DNA of 64,000 nucleotides from assembly GCA_963748015.1 (NCBI GenBank), contig CAVVHE010000006.1:128001-192000 (forward strand). Reading direction: 5' to 3'. This DNA is from Terriglobia bacterium (GTDB lineage Bacteria > Acidobacteriota > Polarisedimenticolia > Polarisedimenticolales > JAIQFR01). Below the pieces are notes generated by a model. The model was not told the DNA's origin. It ran no database searches and saw nothing but the letters and a program-made list of their open reading frames with translations. This document shows positions 50,180 through 57,377 of this stretch, one piece after another. The position numbers were made by a program, and so were the translations under genes. Position 1 is the stretch's first letter. The number at the start of each line of letters is the position of its first letter.

Positions 50180-51579
50180 CTCCGCCCGCCGCCTCTGCCA
50201 CCACCGCCTCTTCCGCCACCGCCGCCCCTGCTGCCGCCATAGCTCGAGGCGCCGCGCGACGAGCTGGCCCGGGCGCTGCTGCCGCTGTACCCGCCGGAGC
50301 CTCCGCTGAAGCCGCTCCCTCCGGCTCTCGATCCACTGCTGCTCGGGACGCTCCGGTTGCCGACCTTGTCTCCACCGGCGCCCCCCGACACGCTGGGAGA
50401 GCCGCCCCGCGTTCCCGCGCCGCCGGTCTGGCTCGCGCTAGGCGCGCCGCCCCGCGTTCCCGCGCCGCCAGTCTGGCTCGCGCTGGGCGCGCCGCCGCGG
50501 GTTCCCGCGCCGCCGGTCTGGCTCGCGCTCGGTCCGCCGCCGCGCGTACCCGCGCCGCCGGTCTGGCTCGCGCTCGGCCCGCCTCCGCGATTCGACCCGC
50601 CGCCGTACTTGTTCGCCGTCGCCTTGTCGCCGTACGGCGCGGCGCCGCGATGCTGGGGGTTGTGCTGCCAGTTGTTGCCGCCCGCGCCCCCTCCGCCGTA
50701 GTGGTTGACCCTGTTGAAATTGTTGTTGACGTTGATGTTGACGCTGCCGCCGTGCCACCCGCACCCGCAGCACGCGCCGCCCCACATCGCCGCGCCCCAC
50801 ATCACCCCGAAGGAGAACGCCACGAACGCCGCCCCGGGTGGCGGGGGCGGGGGATAGTAGATCGGTGGATACGGATAGTAGACGGGCGGGCCGTAGACGA
50901 CCACGGGGCTGTAAGACGGGACGTAGATGACCTCGGGGTTCGAGGGCTCCACGACGATCACGGTCTTGTTCTCGACGACCTGCGTCTCGACCTTCTGCTG
51001 CTGGTTCGTCTCCAGGGCGCCCTTGTCCATGGCCTTCTTCCGCATCCGCTGCACGGCGTCCATGACGTCGCTCTGCTGCGCGAGGAAGGCGTTTCCGAGG
51101 TCCGTCGTCCACTGAATGTCGTCCGCGAGGCGCTTCACCACCTCGGGAGTCGCCGCCATGGACTGGACGCTCGGGTCCCAGGGCTGCTTGGCGACCGCGT
51201 CCGCGAGCGCCTTGTCCTTCAGTTCCTTGTTCTTCGCGAGCCACTGCTGGAGCTGGATGATCTCGAGCGGGTAGGTGGACGCCACGAGCGTCTGGGCGAG
51301 CAGCGGATCGGGGTAGAGGGCGATCGGGGCCACCAGGGATTCGAGCTGCTCGGGGGCAAGCTTCGTCGCCTCCGGCGCGGCGGCGCCGTTCGGCTTGGCG
51401 GGCGCGGGTGTGCCGGGGGCCGGTGCGGTAGCCTGCGGCGCGACCTGCTGCGGGGCCGCCGGCTTCTCCTGCGCTAGCAATAGCCCTTCCCCGGGCAGGA
51501 GCAGGATCGCACAGGTGAGCGCCATGAGGGCGCGACGCCCCGGTCTCACCGTGCGGTATCGCGGCGTGGTCCTCTGCAT
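50176..51579 (-). CDS. DUF3300 family protein with Gly-rich repetitive tail
   Basis: LESLVAPIALYPDPLLAQ, WDPSVQS, LGNAFLAQQ.DVMDAVQRMR, IYVPSY.P.VVYG. Confidence 0.92.
   Translation of the reverse strand: MQRTTPRYRTVRPGRRALMALTCAILLLPGEGLLLAQEKPAAPQQVAPQATAPAPGTPAPAKPNGAAAPEATKLAPEQLESLVAPIALYPDPLLAQTLVASTYPLEIIQLQQWLAKNKELKDKALADAVAKQPWDPSVQSMAATPEVVKRLADDIQWTTDLGNAFLAQQSDVMDAVQRMRKKAMDKGALETNQQQKVETQVVENKTVIVVEPSNPEVIYVPSYSPVVVYGPPVYYPYPPIYYPPPPPPGAAFVAFSFGVMWGAAMWGGACCGCGWHGGSVNINVNNNFNRVNHYGGGGAGGNNWQHNPQHRGAAPYGDKATANKYGGGSNRGGGPSASQTGGAGTRGGGPSASQTGGAGTRGGAPSASQTGGAGTRGGAPSASQTGGAGTRGGSPSVSGGAGGDKVGNRSVPSSSGSRAGGSGFSGGSGGYSGSSARASSSRGASSYGGSRGGGGGRGGGGRGGGRR
50401..50590. repeat. Four tandem 45-bp coding repeats
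   Basis: Encode (RGG[G/A]PSASQTGGAGT)x4 in the DUF3300 tail. Confidence 0.88.
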
Positions 51580-51761
51580 GGTGGCCGTCCCTTCTCCGAG
51601 ATGATCACTCGAAACGCCGGGTGGACCGGCGTACGGACAAGCAGCATAAGGCAATTCGGGCGGGCGAGACAACCGGAGTCCCGGTGAGATCGAGCAGCTC
51701 CGACGCACTCTCGGGCAGGCATGGACGGCGCGCCCCAAGGCCGGAGCGCCGGGAAACCCCG

Positions 51762-52292
51762 CTACTTCATCTTGTCCATGGTGACCGCCTGCATGAGCAG
51801 CCACGGCCCTCCATCGACGGAGACCTCCGCGTCGTTCGTGAAACGCGTCGTTCCGCGCTGCGTGATCGTGGCTCGGACCTTCACCGGCTTCCCTTCGGCC
51901 TTCATTTCGAAGGCGAAGATCCACGTCTCGCCCTCGATCGACCCGCGGGCGAGGGAACCCACGCCCTGGCTGTCGATGTCGTACCAGGTGTACTGCTTCG
52001 CGTCGGGGTCGTAGCCGAAGATCGCCAGCTCGTGGTAGGGCGCGGTACCCATCGTTCCATCCAGCCGGCACACGACGTTGCGCCCGCCCGGGAACCTGGA
52101 ACAGTCGATCTTCGCGGCGAAGCTCCCGGCGGCGCTGACCGGGGTGGTCTTCAGCTCGCCGCCGCCCTTCCACTTGCCGACCAGGAAATCGAGCCGCTCG
52201 TACTCCGGCCCCGGCGTGGGCGCGGGTTTCCGCGCGAGCGCGGGGCCCGCGGCACAGAGCGCCAACAGACTCGAGGCGAGCAACTTCCTCAT
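51762..52292 (-). CDS. DUF1579-like exported protein
   Basis: PGPEYERLDFLVGKWKG, GYDPDAKQY...DSQG, SVDGGPW. Confidence 0.75.
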   Translation of the reverse strand: MRKLLASSLLALCAAGPALARKPAPTPGPEYERLDFLVGKWKGGGELKTTPVSAAGSFAAKIDCSRFPGGRNVVCRLDGTMGTAPYHELAIFGYDPDAKQYTWYDIDSQGVGSLARGSIEGETWIFAFEMKAEGKPVKVRATITQRGTTRFTNDAEVSVDGGPWLLMQAVTMDKMK

Positions 52293-52338
52293 CGGTGCCT
52301 CCTCCAGGCTTCCGCGCGACGAAACCGAGATGCGACGC

Positions 52339-53124
52339 TCACGGCTCCGCAATCCGCGGCAGCACGCCGCCGGGCCGGCCGAAATGGGGAACGGCGTCGG
52401 CAGCGTTGCGAGGATCGACGAACGCGCCACTCGCGGCGCTGTAGTAGAGACAGCCGATCTCGTCGGCGAGGCGGAACGCGACGAACGGCTCGACCGAGTC
52501 CAGCGCGTCGAGCCACCCGCGTTTCAATTCCTGGAGGTCGATCGGCGCCGCGAGGTCGAGCCGCGCGATGTCTTCCGGGCGGACCCTTCCGCGTCGACGC
52601 AGCAGCTCGAGGAGAGACAGGGGTGTGAAGCCGGGGTCCTTCCCGCAGGCCGCCCAGCAAAGCGGCCCCAGTCCGAGCACGTGCCTGTGAAGATGGAGCG
52701 CGTCCAAAACGTCGCGGGGCTCGTCGCGGCCTGCCAGCGCCAGCACCTTGTTGACGGCCAGGTCCACCGGATGGAGCAGGAACCCGACCCTCTCGTCGCG
52801 CACCGTCGGCATGAAACGCCAGGCCGAGTCGCGCGCCCACTCGACCTTGGTCGCCTGTGCGCCCTTGCGCACGACCGCGCGGATGTAGCCGGGTTGGTTC
52901 ATGTCGACGGCGACCGCATACCCGCCGGTCTCCAGCAGACTCCGGTCGGCGGCGAACGCCTCCGCGACCCGTGCCTCCGAGTCGTGGAAGTAGTCGAGGT
53001 CGCGGCTGTAGCGCGTCGTGTTGGGCTCGATGAGGATCGCCGCTCCGCCCGCGAGGTACGAATCGAAGGTCCTGTTCCGCGAGAGAAGGCGGGCCAGACC
53101 GGCTTGGTACTCCGTCAGCGGCAT
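52339..53124 (-). CDS. AbiEii-like nucleotidyltransferase (putative type IV TA toxin)
   Basis: YLAGGAA...RYSRDLDYF, DLAVNKVLALAGR.EPRDVLD. Confidence 0.8.
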   Translation of the reverse strand: MPLTEYQAGLARLLSRNRTFDSYLAGGAAILIEPNTTRYSRDLDYFHDSEARVAEAFAADRSLLETGGYAVAVDMNQPGYIRAVVRKGAQATKVEWARDSAWRFMPTVRDERVGFLLHPVDLAVNKVLALAGRDEPRDVLDALHLHRHVLGLGPLCWAACGKDPGFTPLSLLELLRRRGRVRPEDIARLDLAAPIDLQELKRGWLDALDSVEPFVAFRLADEIGCLYYSAASGAFVDPRNAADAVPHFGRPGGVLPRIAEP

Positions 53125-53381
53125 AGCTTCCTCGCGGTCTCCCAGGCGTCGCGCCCGCCGTGCTTGCGCAGCTGCTCCGCGACCCAGGCGACGTCCGACG
53201 GGCCGATGCGATACGCGGGATCGAACGACCAGAAGCACACCGCGTGGAACCGCCGGTAGGCCCGTCGCGCTTCGCGCACGCGGACCATAGCCCTCGCGGT
53301 CTCGGGGTCGAGCGCGCGGCGACTCTTCCGGCCGCCTCTCCGCCCGATCTCCGAGAGATAGATCCTCACGTTCCGGTCCAT
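53115..53381 (-). CDS. Small basic protein, putative antitoxin partner
   Basis: 88 aa, overlaps the toxin start; SEIGRRGG (KGG-like) N-terminus; CFWSFD...VAEQLRKHGG..AW C-terminus. Confidence 0.75.
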   Translation of the reverse strand: MDRNVRIYLSEIGRRGGRKSRRALDPETARAMVRVREARRAYRRFHAVCFWSFDPAYRIGPSDVAWVAEQLRKHGGRDAWETARKLCR

Positions 53382-53416
53382 GTCGATATCATAGTCCGTT
53401 TATGATTATATGTCAA
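53382..53416 (-). promoter_or_regulatory. Sigma70 promoter, predicted leaderless, with an overlapping inverted repeat
   Basis: TTGACA (53416-53411)-N17-TATGAT (53393-53388)-N6-ATG; ATCATA-N7-TATGAT palindrome at 53388-53406. Confidence 0.8.
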
Positions 53417-53465
53417 TAGATATCAATTAGATAAACGTGTAGATGGCCGAGCTGCGGCATGTCGC

Positions 53466-53645
53466 TCAGGGCTTCGCCACGACCGTGAATGGCTCGATCC
53501 GGCCGTCGGGCAGTTCGCGCTCCAGGACCTGCAACGTCGACCGAGGCCGTAGTTCGTCCCGAGCCCGCTCGCAAGGCGCACCTCGGTCTCCATCTCGGCC
53601 CAGGACGAGGCGGCGAGGAGCTTGCGGTCCATTACCGCGACGGAC
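53466..53645 (-). pseudogene. Possible serine hydrolase (beta-lactamase family) C-terminal relic
   Basis: MDRKLLAASSWAEMETEVRLASGLGTNYGLG followed, out of frame, by TLQVLERELPDGRIEPFTVVAKP*. Confidence 0.4.
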
Positions 53646-53677
53646 CTTCGTGAATAATGCGGGCTACCCGATCCGGA

Positions 53678-54736
53678 TCAGCGCGCCGCGGCGTTCGCCT
53701 GCGCCAGGTCCTCCGCGATCCACTTCCCGACCAGCTCGATCGCCTCCCCGTCGGCGATCACCGTTCCGAGAGGAGGCATCTGCGACGACGGGCGACGGGA
53801 AGCCATCCGGTAGAGGAGCGCGCTGCGTCCGGCCGAGCCCGGTGCGATCGTTCGCGACGCGCCGTCGGGCGCGCCGGGAACCTGGAATCGCCCCTTCGCG
53901 TCGATCGCTGTCACGATCGCGGGCTCCTTGCCGCCCTTCGTGGCCGCGGCGGGGTCGTGCGCCAGCACGAGGCCGAGGCGCGCGAGCGGGCCCGAAGGGT
54001 TGTGGCAGTGGGCGCAGTTCCCGGCGAGGTAACCGAGCACAGCGCGCTCGCGCGGGCTCGACGCCGCGATGCGCGGCGGACTCGAGGCGAGGTCGGGGCG
54101 CGGCGGCTCGAGCCTGCCCCGCTCGACGAGCGACGAGAGCGTGACCATGCCGGGCCGGAGCGGCTCAGCGTGGAGGGCCAAGGGATCGCGGTCGTCCGAG
54201 AGCTGCAGCGCGCTGAACCCGAGCACCGTCGACGGCCCCGACTCGTGGCAAGTCCTGCAGTCGGCGATCGCGGGAATCGAGTGGCGCTTTCCCGGCGCAA
54301 TCTCGGCGTACTCCCGGAGTCCCTCTTCGGGCGCCAACTCGGCGTCGGTCTGGGCTTCGTTCCACACGTACGTTGCGTATACCCATGCGTCCGCCGTCGC
54401 GCGCCACAACATGCGCGTCTCTACCTTGCGCCCCGCGAAGGCGAACTCTTTCCAGAGCTTCGTGCCAACGGGGAATCGCCACGCGTCGACATTCCGGACA
54501 TCGATCTTCGACCCTTCGGGCAGGCGGATCCAGCGCGACTTCGCCGCGCCGTCCGTCCACAGCGGGTACTGCGGGGAGTACGAGAGATTCCCCGCGGCGA
54601 TGGTCGCCGTACCGGTGGCCGCGTAAAGGCCGGTCTCCGAGAGCCTCTCGGGCGGGAGGACGGGGGCGGCCTCGCCGGCCCACGCGGCGGCCGCCGAGAG
54701 AGCGGCCACCGCGAGCATCAGGAATCTCGAGGTCAT
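53678..54736 (-). CDS. Exported diheme c-type cytochrome (SO2930-like)
   Basis: RLSETGLY, PLWTDGA.K.RWI, FPVGT..WKEF, ETR, CRTCH, CAHCH, MPPLG. Confidence 0.85.
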   Translation of the reverse strand: MTSRFLMLAVAALSAAAAWAGEAAPVLPPERLSETGLYAATGTATIAAGNLSYSPQYPLWTDGAAKSRWIRLPEGSKIDVRNVDAWRFPVGTKLWKEFAFAGRKVETRMLWRATADAWVYATYVWNEAQTDAELAPEEGLREYAEIAPGKRHSIPAIADCRTCHESGPSTVLGFSALQLSDDRDPLALHAEPLRPGMVTLSSLVERGRLEPPRPDLASSPPRIAASSPRERAVLGYLAGNCAHCHNPSGPLARLGLVLAHDPAAATKGGKEPAIVTAIDAKGRFQVPGAPDGASRTIAPGSAGRSALLYRMASRRPSSQMPPLGTVIADGEAIELVGKWIAEDLAQANAAAR

Positions 54737-54758
54737 GGATGCCTCCCTCCCCCCGGCC

Positions 54759-55313
54759 TCAGTGCCCCTCGGGCGGATCCACCGGCTGCGGGACGCGGTT
54801 GCGGACCGGCGGGATCGAGTTCAGGTACGCGAAGATCGCCCTAAGGTCGTCGTCGGTCGCGGTCGCGACGGTCTGCCACGGCATCGGGGGGAGAATCGGT
54901 CGGCCGGCTCCCTCGTGGCGCCCGGTGCGTATTGCGTCCGTGAAGGTCTTGAGCGTCCAGCTCCCGAGTCCGGTCTCCGGATCAGGGGTCAGGTTCGCGG
55001 CGTAGCTCGTCCCCCAGGGGCCGGCGAACGCGGTCATGGTCGCCGCGCCGGCCCAGAGCCACGGTCCCGCTCCGAGCGACGGGGCCGGCGGCATGGCCAG
55101 ATCCTGGGGGTGGCCGGAGAGCAGGCGGCTCAGATCGGGCTCGGGGCCCTTGGGCCCCAACTTGAGGGGCGTGTGGCAGTCGTTGCAGCCCATGATGCGG
55201 GTGAGGTATGCCCCGCGCGCGACGAGCGCCTTGTCGGCGCCGGCCGGGCCGGCGAGGGCGGGAACGGTCGAGGCGGCCAGGGCGATCCAGATCGAAAGCG
55301 TGCGGTGTTTCAT
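54759..55313 (-). CDS. Exported monoheme cytochrome c (c553-like)
   Basis: RGAYL...GCNDCHTP, GPWG.SYAANLTPDPETGLG, PPMPW, AIFAYL. Confidence 0.88.
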   Translation of the reverse strand: MKHRTLSIWIALAASTVPALAGPAGADKALVARGAYLTRIMGCNDCHTPLKLGPKGPEPDLSRLLSGHPQDLAMPPAPSLGAGPWLWAGAATMTAFAGPWGTSYAANLTPDPETGLGSWTLKTFTDAIRTGRHEGAGRPILPPMPWQTVATATDDDLRAIFAYLNSIPPVRNRVPQPVDPPEGH

Positions 55314-55406
55314 GGCGACTCCTTTCGCTTCACGGCAGCAAGGTACGCTCCGCAGGACCGGCCCGTTGCTGCGGGATTCCTTTTTCTTTCGTAAACTATT
55401 CCTAAG

Positions 55407-55889
55407 ATGGGCCGGGCCGATTCGACCGTCGTGCTGACCGAGGAGCTGGCCGGTTTCCTCAGCTCCGGAATCGCCATCTCCATCGCGACCCGCGACGGCG
55501 ACCTCAACCCCAACGGCACGCGCGCGTGGGCCGCCGTGGTGGACGAGGACCGGCGCCACGTGACCGCGTACCTGTACGCGAAGACCGCGGGCACGATCCT
55601 CCGCGACCTCGAGGCGCATCCCCGGGTCGCACTCGGCTTCGACCGGCCGTCCGACAGCCGCGCGTGCCAGCTCAAGGGGGCTTTCGTCGGATCGGCGCGT
55701 TGCCGCTCCACGGACCGGCAGGAGATCGACCGGCAGTTCGCGGGGTTCCTCGCCGACCTCGAAAGGATCGGCTTCCCGCGCGCGGCCTTCACGGGCTGGA
55801 AGACCTGGCCCGCGATCGCCGTCCGGTTCGCGGTGACCGACATCTTCGTCCAGACGCCGGGACCGGGTGCGGGGGAGCGGATGCGATGA
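55407..55889 (+). CDS. Pyridoxamine 5'-phosphate oxidase-like (split-barrel) protein
   Basis: IATRDGDLNP, RVALGFDRP..SRACQLKG, FVQTPGPGAG. Confidence 0.78.
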   Translation: MGRADSTVVLTEELAGFLSSGIAISIATRDGDLNPNGTRAWAAVVDEDRRHVTAYLYAKTAGTILRDLEAHPRVALGFDRPSDSRACQLKGAFVGSARCRSTDRQEIDRQFAGFLADLERIGFPRAAFTGWKTWPAIAVRFAVTDIFVQTPGPGAGERMR

Positions 55890-57283
55890 CGATCGCCCTC
55901 GAGACCCTCGCGAGTTGCTTCCAGGGGCTGATCCCCGCGACGCTCTACACCTGCTCCAAGGACGGCGTGCCGAACGTGTCGGTGATCAGCCACGTGGACT
56001 ACGTGGATCCCGGCCACGTCGCGCTCTCGTTCCAGTTCTTCAACAAGAGCCGGCGCAACATCGCCGAGAACCCGAAGGCGCTCGTCCGGCTCTACGACCC
56101 GGACACGCTCCAGACGTACGTCTTCCGCCTCCGCTATGTGCGCTCGGAGACCGAGGGGCCGACGTTCGAGTCGATGAAATTGCGGATCGAGGCGATCGCC
56201 TCGTACTCGGGGCTCAAGGGGATCTTCAAGCTCATCGCGGCCGACATCTACGAGGTCGAGTCGGTCCTGCCGGCGAAGGACGAGGAGGGAGCGCCCGAGG
56301 CGGTCGCGGCCGCGCGGCGACACGCGGAGCAGCCGGCGGCCGTCCCGTTCACGATGAAGGCGCTCACCGATCTCTCGGAGAGGATCCAGCGGGCGTCGAG
56401 CCTCGAGTGTCTCCTCGAGTCGATCCTCGAGGCGATCGAGAGCCTGTTCGGCTTCGGTCACTCGATGATCCTGCTCGCGGGGGAGCGGCCCGACCGGCTC
56501 GTGACCCTGGCGAGCCGAGGCTACCCCGAGCGCGGCGTCGGGTCGGAGGTCGGGTTCGGCGAGGGGATCATCGGCATGGTCGCGGAGGCGAGGAAGCCGA
56601 TCCGGATCTCGGGGATGATCCGGCAGATGCTCTACGCCCACGCGGTCGCACGGCGCGCGAGGGAGCAGGGACTTTGCCCCGAGGACCGGTGCATCCCGCT
56701 GCCAGGTCTTCCGGGTCCCGAGAGCCAGCTCGGCATCCCGCTCCTCGTCCGGGACGAGCTGATCGGCGTCCTCTGCATCGAGAGCCAGGAGCCGTACCGC
56801 TTCCACGAGGAGGACAAGACCTATCTCGAGGTCCTGGGCGGATACCTCGCGATCGCGATCCAGAACGCGCTTCTTCGCGAGCGGGCCGAGGAGGTCGACG
56901 AGCTGGACGCCGCGCCGCCCGCGCCGTGCGAGGCGATCGGGACCGCTGGGGGAGCGCCGCGCCGCATCGAGGTCGCCTTCTACCGTGGCGACGAGTGCAT
57001 CCTCGTGGACGGCGAGTACCTGGTGCGGAGCCTTCCCGCGAGGATCCTGTGGAAGGTGCTCCGCGAGCATGGCGAGTCCGGCAGGGGGGAATTCACCAAC
57101 CGGCAGCTGAGGCTCGACAAGACCCTCGCGCTCCCCGAGTTCAAGGACAACCTCGAGAGCCGGCTGATCCTCCTCAGGCGCCGCCTCGAGGAGCGCTGTC
57201 CCGAGATCCGCCTCGTGCCTTCCGGCCGCGGCCGGTTCCGGCTGGAGCTGGGTTGCGAGGTCGCGTTGGTCGAGAAGCCCTGA
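55886..57283 (+). CDS. PNPOx-like + GAF + winged-helix putative one-component regulator
   Basis: CSKDGVPNVS.ISHV..VD..HVALSFQFFNKS; GEGIIGMVA...PLLVRDELIGVL (GAF); FTNRQLRL...NLESRLILLRRRL...GRGRFRL (wHTH); ATGA overlap with the upstream gene. Confidence 0.82.
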   Translation: MTIALETLASCFQGLIPATLYTCSKDGVPNVSVISHVDYVDPGHVALSFQFFNKSRRNIAENPKALVRLYDPDTLQTYVFRLRYVRSETEGPTFESMKLRIEAIASYSGLKGIFKLIAADIYEVESVLPAKDEEGAPEAVAAARRHAEQPAAVPFTMKALTDLSERIQRASSLECLLESILEAIESLFGFGHSMILLAGERPDRLVTLASRGYPERGVGSEVGFGEGIIGMVAEARKPIRISGMIRQMLYAHAVARRAREQGLCPEDRCIPLPGLPGPESQLGIPLLVRDELIGVLCIESQEPYRFHEEDKTYLEVLGGYLAIAIQNALLRERAEEVDELDAAPPAPCEAIGTAGGAPRRIEVAFYRGDECILVDGEYLVRSLPARILWKVLREHGESGRGEFTNRQLRLDKTLALPEFKDNLESRLILLRRRLEERCPEIRLVPSGRGRFRLELGCEVALVEKP

Positions 57284-57377
57284 GGCTCGTCGTCGGGGGC
57301 GGGCAATGCCGTTCGGCTCCGTCGTCGGCGTGCCGTCGGGAGGGAACGCGCCCTGATCGGGGAGCCCGAGTTTCGCT

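Noticed and set aside
50401..50590. Regularly spaced repeats as a CRISPR array
   Set aside because: Head-to-tail in-frame coding repeats with no unique spacers and no cas genes
55386..55406. TTCGTAAACTATTCC as another copy of the operator motif (also 60283-60298)
   Set aside because: Spacing and the second half-site do not fit CTCGTA-N4-TACGAG
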